In this document: one piece after another, positions 33,980 to 43,591 of the stretch
Layout of the letters: every line of letters starts with the position of its first letter
Numbering within the stretch: position 1 is the first letter of the stretch
NCBI GenBank assembly: GCA_964605945.1
Contig: CAZSEK010000001.1
Coordinates: 1 to 54,211 of the forward strand
Source of the DNA: an uncultured Methanosarcinales archaeon
Lineage (GTDB): Archaea; Nanobdellota; Nanobdellia; Woesearchaeales; UBA9642
Reading direction: 5' to 3'
DNA: 54,211 bases
Program-made: the position numbers and the translations under genes
The notes under the pieces: generated by a model
The model's database searches: none
What the model was told of the DNA's origin: nothing
Seen by the model: only the letters and a program-made list of their open reading frames with translations

Positions 33980-36406
33980 ATGGATAAATCAAAAGATTTC
34001 ATTGTATGGTTCAAAGATTTAAAAATAGAGGATGTTCCTCAGGTCGGAGGAAAAAATGCATCTTTGGGAGAGATGTATGTTAATTTAACAAACAAAGGGG
34101 TTAGAATTCCAAACGGATTTGCTGTGACAGCTTATGCATACAGATATTTTCTTGAAAAAGCAGGCATCAAAGACAGGATAAGACAAATTCTTTCTGATTT
34201 GAATACAAAAAATATGGACAACCTCGCAGACAGAGGAGAAAAAGTCAGAAATACTATTCTGAAAGCTGAATTTCCCGAAGAATTAAAATCAGCAATAGTT
34301 GCAGCATACAAAGAGTTGTGTAAATTTTATAAAAGAAAAAAAGACGATGTTGATGTTGCTGTAAGAAGTTCTGCAACAGCAGAAGACCTTCCGGATGCAA
34401 GCTTTGCAGGCCAGCAGGAAACATATCTCAACATAAAGGGAGATTATAATATTTTGGAAGCATGCAAGAAATGTTTTGCATCATTATTCACAAACAGGGC
34501 AATATCATACAGAGTTGACAAACACTTTGATCATTTCTCTATTGCACTGAGCATCGGCGTCCAGAAAATGGTCCGTTCTGATTTGGCATGTTCAGGAGTT
34601 ATGTTTTCCATAGATACAGAATCAGGATTCAAGGATGTTGTACTTATCAACGGCGCATACGGCCTTGGAGAAAATGTCGTGCAAGGAGCAGTTAATCCTG
34701 ATGAATATTATGTTTTCAAACCAACACTAATAAAGGGCTTCAAGCCAATTCTTTCAAAAAAATTAGGATCAAAAGAGCTCAAAATGGTCTATTCCCACGA
34801 GGGAAACAAACCGACAAAAAACATAAATGTTCCGCAGGCAGAACGGGAGAAATTTGTCCTGACAGACAACGAAACTCTGGCTCTGGCCAAATGGGCATGT
34901 ATTATTGAAGATCATTATTCTGCAAAAGCAGGCCACATAAAACCAATGGATATGGAATGGGCAAAAGACGGACAGACAGGAGAGCTTTTTATTGTCCAAG
35001 CAAGACCTGAAACAGTTGCAAGCCAGAAAAACAGAAATGTTATAGAGACATTTGTACTGAAACAAAAAGGAAAAATCCTTATTGAAGGAAAATCTGTCGG
35101 AGAAAAAATCGGTGCAGGACAAGTAAACATAATCAAAAACGTCCATGATATTGGAAAATTCAAAAAAGGACAGGTCCTTATAACAGAGATGACTGACCCT
35201 GATTGGGAGCCGATAATGAAGATGGCTTCTGCAATTGTAACAAACAGAGGAGGAAGAACATGCCATGCAGCAATTGTTTCAAGAGAGCTCGGCATACCTT
35301 GTGTTGTCGGAACAATAAACGGCATTGAAAAAATAAAAACAGGAAAAAAAGTCACTGTAAGCTGTGCTCAGGGAGATAAAGGATTTGTATATGAAGGCAT
35401 CCTAAAATATGAAGTTCAAAAAATAGATCTTAAGGGAATGCCAAAAACAAAAACAAAAATAATGATGAATGTCGGAAATCCTGAAGAAGTATTTGACTTA
35501 AGCTTTCTGCCTAATGATGGAGTAGGACTTGCAAGAGAGGAGTTCATAGTCATGTCTTATATTAAAGCGCATCCTTTAGCGCTTTTGCATTACAAGACTT
35601 TGAGTGCAGAAGAAAAAGAAGATATAAACAAACTAACTGTCGGATACGACGAGAAACACAAACCTGATTTTTTTGTTGATAGGCTTGCGCAGGGTGTCGG
35701 AATGATAGCCGCAGCATTTTATCCGAAAGATGTTATTTTAAGATTTTCAGATTTCAAATCAAATGAATATGCAAATCTTGTTGGAGGAAAGAAATTCGAG
35801 CCAAAAGAAGACAATCCAATGATAGGATGGAGAGGCGCATCAAGATATTACTCAGAATATGCAGAAGGATTTGCACTTGAATGCAAGGCAATAAAAAAAG
35901 TCAGGGAAGAGTTTGGTCTTACCAACCTGAAACTTATGATTCCTTTCTGCAGAACTGTTGAAGAAGGAAAGAAATGCCTTGCAGAGATGAAGAAAAACAA
36001 ATTGGAAAAAGGAAAGAACGGATTGCAGGTTTATGTAATGTGCGAAATTCCTGCCAATGTTATTTTATGCGACCAGTTCTCTGAAATATTTGATGGATTT
36101 TCAATCGGTTCGAATGATTTGACGCAATTGACATTAGGTCTTGATAGAGATTCTGAAATTGTTGCGCACATCTATGATGAAAGAAATGACGCAGTAAAAC
36201 GATTAATCAAGAAAGTCATTGAAGACTGCAAGAAATATCACAGAAAAATAGGAATCTGCGGACAGGCACCTTCAGATTATCCTGATTTTGCACAATTCCT
36301 TGTCGAATGTGGTATTGACAGCATCTCATTGAATCCTGATACAGTCGTTAAAACAACACTCGCGATTGCAGCACAAGAAAAGAAACTCGGGATAAAGCCT
36401 GAATAA
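33980..36406 (+). CDS. ppsA: Phosphoenolpyruvate synthase (pyruvate, water dikinase)
   Basis: 808 aa. VGGKNASLGEM ATP-grasp N-terminus. Phosphohistidine motif GGRTCHAAIVSRELGIPCVVG. C-terminal PEP-utilising TIM-barrel motifs (GSNDLTQ). Confidence 0.92.
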   Translation: MDKSKDFIVWFKDLKIEDVPQVGGKNASLGEMYVNLTNKGVRIPNGFAVTAYAYRYFLEKAGIKDRIRQILSDLNTKNMDNLADRGEKVRNTILKAEFPEELKSAIVAAYKELCKFYKRKKDDVDVAVRSSATAEDLPDASFAGQQETYLNIKGDYNILEACKKCFASLFTNRAISYRVDKHFDHFSIALSIGVQKMVRSDLACSGVMFSIDTESGFKDVVLINGAYGLGENVVQGAVNPDEYYVFKPTLIKGFKPILSKKLGSKELKMVYSHEGNKPTKNINVPQAEREKFVLTDNETLALAKWACIIEDHYSAKAGHIKPMDMEWAKDGQTGELFIVQARPETVASQKNRNVIETFVLKQKGKILIEGKSVGEKIGAGQVNIIKNVHDIGKFKKGQVLITEMTDPDWEPIMKMASAIVTNRGGRTCHAAIVSRELGIPCVVGTINGIEKIKTGKKVTVSCAQGDKGFVYEGILKYEVQKIDLKGMPKTKTKIMMNVGNPEEVFDLSFLPNDGVGLAREEFIVMSYIKAHPLALLHYKTLSAEEKEDINKLTVGYDEKHKPDFFVDRLAQGVGMIAAAFYPKDVILRFSDFKSNEYANLVGGKKFEPKEDNPMIGWRGASRYYSEYAEGFALECKAIKKVREEFGLTNLKLMIPFCRTVEEGKKCLAEMKKNKLEKGKNGLQVYVMCEIPANVILCDQFSEIFDGFSIGSNDLTQLTLGLDRDSEIVAHIYDERNDAVKRLIKKVIEDCKKYHRKIGICGQAPSDYPDFAQFLVECGIDSISLNPDTVVKTTLAIAAQEKKLGIKPE

Positions 36407-36420
36407 ATTTTTTTATTCTT
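36407..36420. terminator. Shared oligo-T/oligo-A terminator between convergent genes
   Basis: A T7 tract lies between the ppsA stop (36404-36406) and the stop of the minus-strand gene (36421-36423). Confidence 0.35.
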
Positions 36421-36924
36421 TTAATCCAACACTATTGGAAAATAAACTGTAGTATAATCTTCATAAGAATAACATATTGCTTTTTGTGACGAGTCGTATG
36501 TCACATCACTCAAGGACATTTTAAAATCTGTTAATCCTATGCGTATTTTATTTCCATACCTCAATATTGTGTGCTTATTTATGTTTTTGTCAAATGATAA
36601 CTCTGGGAAAGAAGGCATATTAAAATTAGCATAAATATAAGATTTATTAATTTGTTTTTTTAAAAACCCATAATTTTTAACAGTCAGTTCATTAAATGCG
36701 CTATCAAAAAAAATTTTTGCACATTCATGTTTTTTGGCTAATAAATATATCTTATTTGATGCTCGAGCAAAAAATCCCCCTTCAATATCTTTTTCCTCTT
36801 TGAATATTGAAGATGTAACTGCATAAATAGTCGCTGTTCCGCATTTTGCATCAAGCAAGTCTGCAATAATTTTTTCATCTATGTGATCATTTTTTACATA
36901 TTGAGATATATCCATAAACTTCAA
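36421..36924 (-). CDS. Hypothetical protein
   Basis: 167-aa ORF with no recognisable motif. Confidence 0.5.
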   Translation of the reverse strand: MKFMDISQYVKNDHIDEKIIADLLDAKCGTATIYAVTSSIFKEEKDIEGGFFARASNKIYLLAKKHECAKIFFDSAFNELTVKNYGFLKKQINKSYIYANFNMPSFPELSFDKNINKHTILRYGNKIRIGLTDFKMSLSDVTYDSSQKAICYSYEDYTTVYFPIVLD

Positions 36925-36984
36925 TAATTTAGTAATATTTATATACTATTCCTTATTTTTAACACACATATAGGGTGTATATCT

Positions 36985-37725
36985 ATGTTTCAAGAATTTG
37001 GATTAAGTTATTATGAGGATAAAGCGCTGGATGTAATAATTAGAGAAAGATTGACTGTCAAAGATATAATCAAAAAAACAAATATTCCTCCTGGAAAAAT
37101 ATATAGTGTATTAAAATCACTCTCTAAAAGAGGGATAATTTTTGAATCCAAAGAAAGACCTAAAAAATTCTATGTTGAAAATCCTACTAAAATAATATCT
37201 TCTTTAATAGAACATAAACAAAATACTGATGAAGAAATAATCTCACGAGTCAGAACACTCGTCAGCACACTGCCAAAAAAAAATAACACAGAATATTTCT
37301 TTAGAATAGGAACAATGCCAGAAGAAAATAAAGAAATACAATTAAAAGTATTCACAGATGCAAAAAAAGAAATTTGCCAGATATTAAATTCTAAACACAA
37401 ACCGAATATGAATCGTAAGGTTAAAGATGAATGGGAAGATGCAATAAAAAACGCAATAAACAGAGGTGTAAAATTCCGTGCAATATATTACAAAAATACC
37501 CCAATTCCTCACACATTAGAAACGTTACCGAAAGATAAATTTCAAATAAGAAAAACCATTCAGGATATGCCTAGAATAGACATCATAGATAATAAGAAAA
37601 TTATGATTAAAATAGTGTATGGTGATCCTTTGATGTTCGGTGGAATTATATTTATAGAAAATGAAAAATTAGCAAAAAATCTTAAAGCAATCTTTGAAGA
37701 TATGTGGAAACATTCAGAAAAATAA
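36985..37725 (+). CDS. TrmB-family transcriptional regulator
   Basis: FGLSYYEDKALDVIIRERLTVKDIIKKTNIPPGKIYSVLKSLSKRGII wHTH, collinear with the 16679-17410 protein. Confidence 0.7.
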   Translation: MFQEFGLSYYEDKALDVIIRERLTVKDIIKKTNIPPGKIYSVLKSLSKRGIIFESKERPKKFYVENPTKIISSLIEHKQNTDEEIISRVRTLVSTLPKKNNTEYFFRIGTMPEENKEIQLKVFTDAKKEICQILNSKHKPNMNRKVKDEWEDAIKNAINRGVKFRAIYYKNTPIPHTLETLPKDKFQIRKTIQDMPRIDIIDNKKIMIKIVYGDPLMFGGIIFIENEKLAKNLKAIFEDMWKHSEK

Positions 37726-37812
37726 GAGAAAATACAAACTTTTTTAAATTATTGTTTTTTCCTTTTATTATTGATGAATATTTATCAATATACAAATATA
37801 TAAGGTGATAAA

Positions 37813-37965
37813 ATGGCAGTTGAATTCAGCGAATTTAAAGGAAATAAAATATTGGTCTTAAAAAAGACACCAGAAGACACATATCCGTTCAGCTTCGGAA
37901 AAGCAAAAGCAAAAATGATTGTAGAAAACTTCGAAGAAATAAAGAAGTTTGCTGAAGAGGAATAA
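37813..37965 (+). CDS. Unlisted 50-aa ORF (MAVEFSEFKGNKILVLKKTPEDTYPFSFGKAKAKMIVENFEEIKKFAEEE)
   Basis: AGGTGA SD lies 5 nt upstream of the ATG, and the composition is balanced and non-repetitive. It competes with a low-complexity antisense track ORF (37785-38024). Confidence 0.45.
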   Translation: MAVEFSEFKGNKILVLKKTPEDTYPFSFGKAKAKMIVENFEEIKKFAEEE

Positions 37966-38034
37966 ATTATTTTTTCTATTTGATTTTTTCTTCTAAACAA
38001 CAAAATATTTAAACCCTGTTCCAAAATAATCTAT

Positions 38035-38865
38035 ATGCAAAAAATAGAGGACACAGATAAATTAAGGGATATTGCAAAAACATCAAGAAAAGACGTTATT
38101 AAGATGGTCTATAATGCACAGTCAGGCCATCCTGGTGGTTCATTATCAGCGACAGAGATAATGACTGTACTTTTCTTCAATGTGATGAATCATTCTCCTG
38201 AAAATCCAAAAGATGAAAACAGGGACAGATTTATTTTAAGCAAAGGACATTGCACACCAATATATTATTCTATTCTTGCAAGAGCAGGATATTTTGATGT
38301 TTCAGAGCTTGCAACATTCAGAAAAATAAATTCAAGACTGCAAGGACATCCTGCAAAAACAAAACTTGATTTTGTAGAAAGTAGCACAGGAAGTTTAGGA
38401 CAAGGACTGTCTATTGCATCTGGATTTGCGTTTGCATTAAGATTAAACAAGAATTTTGCAAAAATATATTGCTTATGTGGTGATGGAGAGCTTGATGAAG
38501 GACAGATATGGGAATCATTGATGACAATCAAGCAATATGGTCTGAATAATTTAATAATTATTATTGATAACAACACATTGCAAATTGATGGATGCAATAA
38601 AGATGTGAAAAATATTGAACCCTTAAAAGAAAAATTTCTCGCATTCAATTATGAAGTTTTGGAAGTTGACGGGCATGATATTGAAAAATTGATTTCAACA
38701 TTCAACGAAGCAAAGCAAAAATCAAATAGTGGAAAAAATGTAATCATTCTCGCTCACACAATCAAAGGAAAAGGAGTTTCATACATGGAAAATAAATGCG
38801 AATGGCATGGCAAACCTCCTAAAAAAGAAGAATATGAAATCGCAATGAAAGAGCTGGAAGAATAG
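38035..38865 (+). CDS. tkt: Transketolase, N-terminal (TPP-binding) subunit
   Basis: SGHPGGSLS, LSKGHC and GDGELDEGQIWE motifs. 276 aa. Confidence 0.9.
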   Translation: MQKIEDTDKLRDIAKTSRKDVIKMVYNAQSGHPGGSLSATEIMTVLFFNVMNHSPENPKDENRDRFILSKGHCTPIYYSILARAGYFDVSELATFRKINSRLQGHPAKTKLDFVESSTGSLGQGLSIASGFAFALRLNKNFAKIYCLCGDGELDEGQIWESLMTIKQYGLNNLIIIIDNNTLQIDGCNKDVKNIEPLKEKFLAFNYEVLEVDGHDIEKLISTFNEAKQKSNSGKNVIILAHTIKGKGVSYMENKCEWHGKPPKKEEYEIAMKELEE

Positions 38866-38866
38866 A

Positions 38867-39994
38867 ATGGAAAAAATATCAACTCGTGATGGATATGGAA
38901 AAGCATTAGTGGAATTAGAAGATGAGAATGTTGTAGTTCTTGCTGCAGATTTAGCAGATTCATGCAGAGTAAATCCATTCAAAGAAAAACATCCAGATAG
39001 ATTTATCCAAGTTGGAATATCAGAACAAGATATGTTTAGCATGGCAAATGGACTTGCATTAGAAGGAAAAATTCCTTTTGCAAACACATTCGCTGTTTTC
39101 TGCTGCAGATGTTATGATCAAATAAGAGTTGCGTGCTATAATAAAGCAAATATAAAAATAATAGGGCATCATTCAGGACTTACTGTTGGACAAGATGGCG
39201 CAACACATCAGGCATTAGAAGATATTTCTTTATTCAGGTCAATGCCAAACATGAATGTTATTGTTCCTTGTGATGCAGAAGAAGCAAAAAAAGCAACTCA
39301 GGAAATCGCAAAATCAAAAGAAGCATATTATTTAAGACTTTCAAGAGAACCTGTTTCTGCAATAACCGACAGCTCATCTGAATTTAAAATTGGAAAAGCA
39401 AATATTTTGAAAGAAGGAAGAGATGTTTTGATTGTTGCATGTGGAATCATGGTCGAAGAATCATTAAAAGCAGCCCAAATGCTAGAACAAAGAGGAATAT
39501 CTGCAGCAGTCATGAATATGCACACAATAAAACCGATAGATAAAGAAGCATTAATAAAATATGCAGAAAAAACAAAAGCAGTTGTAACAGCAGAAGAACA
39601 TTCTGTTTATGGTGGATTGGGAAGTGCTGTTTGCGAAGTTCTTTCATTATCAAAAATTCCTATTAAAATATTAGGAATCAAAGACACATTTGGAGAATCA
39701 GGAAAATCAGCTGAACTTCTCGAGAAATATGGACTTACATCAGAAGATATTATTGAATACTGCACAGACATAATGAAATTCAAAGAAAAACAAATCACAT
39801 CAAACCAAAAATGCGATGATGGAATCCATTGTGGTGAAAATGAAGAGAGAAAACAAGAATCTATTCAAGCCCAAAAAACACGTGATTTTAAAGATCCCCG
39901 AAATAGAATAATGAAGATGAGTGACCATCAAAAAAAACAAGTTGATGATGTTCTATACAAGATGTTTGGCGGAAGAAGGAATCCTAAACCATAA
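38867..39994 (+). CDS. tkt: Transketolase, C-terminal (pyrimidine-binding) subunit with a ~65-aa C-terminal tail
   Basis: STRDGYGKAL..., GISEQDM and GQDGATHQALEDI motifs. Extra tail ...SNQKCDDGIHCGENEE...GGRRNPKP. Confidence 0.9.
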   Translation: MEKISTRDGYGKALVELEDENVVVLAADLADSCRVNPFKEKHPDRFIQVGISEQDMFSMANGLALEGKIPFANTFAVFCCRCYDQIRVACYNKANIKIIGHHSGLTVGQDGATHQALEDISLFRSMPNMNVIVPCDAEEAKKATQEIAKSKEAYYLRLSREPVSAITDSSSEFKIGKANILKEGRDVLIVACGIMVEESLKAAQMLEQRGISAAVMNMHTIKPIDKEALIKYAEKTKAVVTAEEHSVYGGLGSAVCEVLSLSKIPIKILGIKDTFGESGKSAELLEKYGLTSEDIIEYCTDIMKFKEKQITSNQKCDDGIHCGENEERKQESIQAQKTRDFKDPRNRIMKMSDHQKKQVDDVLYKMFGGRRNPKP

Positions 39995-40061
39995 TCTGTC
40001 AAGAACACTTTGTTCAGCAATCAGTAAGGCTTATAAATTCTAGACGTTTCCTGTTTAATTC

Positions 40062-40691
40062 ATGGTATTGGATAACTTATTAAATTTTAAAAAAAGCGAA
40101 ATAATAAGAGCAATTAAATATATTAAAATTTCTGCAAGCATATTTGGAAAAATAATCGAATATTATCCTCAAGCCTTAGCAAAAAAAAATTATGAATGCA
40201 TAGAAGCGAAAAGCATTCTCGATATAAATATAGATTATTTAAAATCAAGAGGAATAAATTCTTTAGTGATAGACTGGGAAGACACTTTGGCAGATGCAAA
40301 ATCTGCTGAATTTTATTCATGTGAGATAAAACAATTTTTATTTGATTTAAAAAATAAACGCGGTTTTAAAATCTCCATCCACACAAACAACTATAAACTA
40401 AGAGATAAAATAACTAAAATGTGTGATTGCTCTGTTGTTAATGGCCCTTATTTCAAACCAGGTCCTAACGGATATGGTGTAGCGCTTGAAACAAATCAAT
40501 CAGTATGCAAAAAAACAGCATCCATAGGAGATTCGCGTTTATTTGATGGAGTAGGAACAAACATGCTCGGAATGCAATACATACATGTTCCGCATCTGTC
40601 TCATCTAAAAAAAGGAGAATGGTTACAAAGATTATTTAGATATGTTGACAGAAAACTTTATTATAATTGTTACGAGAAACAAAATAAATAA
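40062..40691 (+). CDS. HAD-IIIA superfamily phosphatase (YqeG/GEP4-like)
   Basis: Motif I-like LVIDWEDTLAD and motif IV-like IGDSRLFDGVGTNMLGM. Confidence 0.5.
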   Translation: MVLDNLLNFKKSEIIRAIKYIKISASIFGKIIEYYPQALAKKNYECIEAKSILDINIDYLKSRGINSLVIDWEDTLADAKSAEFYSCEIKQFLFDLKNKRGFKISIHTNNYKLRDKITKMCDCSVVNGPYFKPGPNGYGVALETNQSVCKKTASIGDSRLFDGVGTNMLGMQYIHVPHLSHLKKGEWLQRLFRYVDRKLYYNCYEKQNK

Positions 40692-40724
40692 AAAACTATT
40701 CTAATTTTTTAATTCTTAAAAATT

Positions 40725-41147
40725 TTATTCTAATTTTCTTATCCTTTTCTTATGCCTTTCATCGTGGCTGAAATCTGTTGTCAAGAATTTCTTTACAATT
40801 TTAATTGCTTTTTTTGATTTCACAAAATCAGAGCCCAAACACAAGACATTTGCAGCATTGTGAAGTCTTGACATTTCGGCCATTTTTTCATCATTGCACA
40901 AAGCTGCTCTTATTCCTTTTATTTTATTTGCTGCAATACTCATCCCAAGACCAGAACCGCAGATAAGAATTCCTTTTGATTTGAATTTTAAAACATCTTT
41001 GCATACTTTTTTTGCATAATCAGGATAATCGACTTTTATTTTATCTGAAAATGGACCTACATCTATTAATGAGAAATGCTCTTTGATTTCTTGTTTTAAT
41101 TTGACTCCTCGATGATCTGATGCTATAAATCCTTCAATGTGTTTCAT
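40725..41147 (-). CDS. rpiB: Ribose-5-phosphate isomerase B
   Basis: 140 aa. ASDHRGVKLK and GILICGSGLGMSIAANK (RpiB/LacAB signature). Confidence 0.9.
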   Translation of the reverse strand: MKHIEGFIASDHRGVKLKQEIKEHFSLIDVGPFSDKIKVDYPDYAKKVCKDVLKFKSKGILICGSGLGMSIAANKIKGIRAALCNDEKMAEMSRLHNAANVLCLGSDFVKSKKAIKIVKKFLTTDFSHDERHKKRIRKLE

Positions 41148-41249
41148 GTTGTTCCTCCTTGATACTTTATTGAGTTTTGAATTAATATTTAAAGTTTATT
41201 GTTTGTATTTAAGCACAAAATTAATAAACAAAAACAATAAGATTGATTC

Positions 41250-41888
41250 ATGGCAAGAATTTCAGCATCAATACTGAGTTATTTCTTTGACGCAAAGAAG
41301 AATAAAGAATCTGATGATGTCATGGTTAAAAAGATCAATGATGCTCTTGACAAAAAAAGAACAGATTATGATATTCTGCATTTAGATATAATGGACGGCA
41401 AATTTGTCGAAGCAAAAACATTTACAGCATCACAAATCAGGAAAATAAAATGCATCCACAAGAAAGAAGCGCATTTCATGGTTTATGATTACAAGAAATA
41501 TCTTCACGATTTCTTTCCTTTAGCAAACATGTTCATATTCCATAATGAAGTTCTTAAAAATGATTTTCAAAAAACAATTGAAGAGATTAAAAAAGACCAC
41601 AAATTCGTCGGCATTTCAATAAATCCAGATACCCACATAGATGAAATAAAACATCTTGATAAAATAGATTTAGTTCTTATAATGTCTGTCTGGCCAGGAA
41701 AGCCAGGGCAGGTTTTCTTGGAAAATGCAGTTACTAAAATTAAAAAATTAAAAGATCTCAGGGACAAAAGAAAATTAAAATTCATGATAGAAGTTGACGG
41801 TGGGATAAATGACTTGAATGCAAAAAAATGCCTTGATGCAGGCGCAGATATTCTTGTAATTGGAAGTTATTTCTTTCGAGGATATTAA
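41250..41888 (+). CDS. rpe: Ribulose-phosphate 3-epimerase
   Basis: SILS..., HLDIMDGKFV, NPDT, MSVWPGKPGQ.F, VDGGIN and GADILVIGS motifs in canonical order. Confidence 0.8.
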   Translation: MARISASILSYFFDAKKNKESDDVMVKKINDALDKKRTDYDILHLDIMDGKFVEAKTFTASQIRKIKCIHKKEAHFMVYDYKKYLHDFFPLANMFIFHNEVLKNDFQKTIEEIKKDHKFVGISINPDTHIDEIKHLDKIDLVLIMSVWPGKPGQVFLENAVTKIKKLKDLRDKRKLKFMIEVDGGINDLNAKKCLDAGADILVIGSYFFRGY

Positions 41889-42439
41889 TTAATGTATCCT
41901 GGGGATGTAATAATTAAAGGATTTGAATTCGTAGTTTCCCATGCTGAAATTATGTCCTGATATTGTTCTGAATCAGGAATTGCCAATTTTAATCTTGGTT
42001 CAACTAATTTTTTTGGTTGTCCTGTTTCATAATCAACTATTCTTGCATCTATACTTATTTTACATAGTATTGCAGATAATGAAAATGCAAAGTTATTTTT
42101 AAAAAGAATATTTCTTATTTGTCTATCTAGATCTGTTTCACCATTAAATTCGCCAAAAAAATATTTAGATGTGTGTTTATTTTCTTCACCCACATTATAC
42201 GCGTCGTTTGCTCGAGAATTTCTAATTAAAGTTTGAGGTTTAAATGCATATAAACTTCCATCTATTTGTTTAATATAATTCTTTTTTGGAAGCACTTTAA
42301 AAGCCCCTCTAAATGAAATATCTGCATTTGCAAGCATTTGCGCAAGTTTAGAAAAATCATAAACAGGTATTCCTGGATGAGACTCTAATGCGCCAATTAT
42401 GGCATCTATTTGCGATGGATTCATATTTGTTTGCTTCAT
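41885..42439 (-). CDS. Hypothetical protein
   Basis: The ATG at 42439 (MKQTNMNPSQ...) lies ~25 nt downstream of a TTTATAAA box. The track N-terminal extension overlaps that TATA. Confidence 0.45.
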   Translation of the reverse strand: MKQTNMNPSQIDAIIGALESHPGIPVYDFSKLAQMLANADISFRGAFKVLPKKNYIKQIDGSLYAFKPQTLIRNSRANDAYNVGEENKHTSKYFFGEFNGETDLDRQIRNILFKNNFAFSLSAILCKISIDARIVDYETGQPKKLVEPRLKLAIPDSEQYQDIISAWETTNSNPLIITSPGYIN

Positions 42440-42516
42440 AAATATAAGAAAGAATAGGATTTTATAAATATTACTATTTACCAATAGAAATTTATTTAAT
42501 TGTTCTTTTAAGTTAT

Positions 42517-43326
42517 TTATCTTTTCCTCTTATGTCCTATATGCTTCTCAGAAATAAAATAGAAATATATTCTGTTGAATGAAAACAAAAGATAGACAAC
42601 AATTAAAGTAATTACATTAAACACAGGCACAAAAGAATCATAGTTTTCAATTATGTAGTTTCCAAATATTATCCCTATTATAAAATACAACAATACATAT
42701 GCAATAAGCATAATAAAACTGAAAAAAAACAAGCCCAGATATGATGTTGAAAACATGTGCTTGAAGGATTTTTTTAGATTGACTGAAAACTCATGTCCTA
42801 AAATAAATGCAGAGTGCATAAAATTATGTAGTGCATAAAGCATCAGCAAGATTATAGAGATTAACACACCCGCAACAAGTCCTATCCATATGCTTTTGTT
42901 TATCAAAAATACTGAAATCACATTTAATAATATAAATATCATAAAGAAAAAAAGGAATAAAAACAGATTAATCATGAAAAATTCTTTCAGTTTTGAAAAA
43001 TCATGCTTATGCTTAACTGAAAATTTCTTTATACTTCCTAAAATTATAAGATTAAAAAATGAATATGCCAAAACAACCAAGACAACATAAACTATAAAAA
43101 GCAAAACTATGCTTATCATTAGCATTGTACTTTGCTGTATTTGAGTAGCTAAAGAGTCTGCTCCAGGGATAATTAAATCAGTCAAATAATTGAATAATAT
43201 AAATACACCCAAGAAACCTAAATCAAGTAAAAACATCCATAAGAACTGTTTTGGATTTTTCTTTATGGCAACTAATGCCCTATTCCAAAGACTATCTTTC
43301 ATTTTCTTGTGTATTTTCTTGATCAT
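42517..43326 (-). CDS. Polytopic membrane protein, unknown function
   Basis: 269 aa with about 6 hydrophobic helices. Confidence 0.55.
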   Translation of the reverse strand: MIKKIHKKMKDSLWNRALVAIKKNPKQFLWMFLLDLGFLGVFILFNYLTDLIIPGADSLATQIQQSTMLMISIVLLFIVYVVLVVLAYSFFNLIILGSIKKFSVKHKHDFSKLKEFFMINLFLFLFFFMIFILLNVISVFLINKSIWIGLVAGVLISIILLMLYALHNFMHSAFILGHEFSVNLKKSFKHMFSTSYLGLFFFSFIMLIAYVLLYFIIGIIFGNYIIENYDSFVPVFNVITLIVVYLLFSFNRIYFYFISEKHIGHKRKR

Positions 43327-43591
43327 AGTTATTATTATTTTAATGAGTTTTTAAATATTGCGAAAATCTCGTGGATTTTCAAAATATTTTCGAATGTTGC
43401 ATAACGAAATTTGAACAAAGTGACAATTAAATGAGAAAATATTACGAATAAATCCGATAATTGTTTCAATCACAGTTAGAATTTTCATAAAATATATAAA
43501 TAAACCTCTGATATTTGAATTCAGGGGTTGATAATACACCATATGTTGTTATTATCATCAATATTATTTATAAAATATGAGGTGGTCAGAA

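Noticed and set aside
37785-38024. 79-aa minus-strand ORF
   Set aside because: It has a low-complexity hydrophobic/Ser-Phe-Ile-rich composition typical of antisense reading of AT-rich DNA. It overlaps the tkt TATA box and an SD-preceded plus-strand 50-aa ORF.
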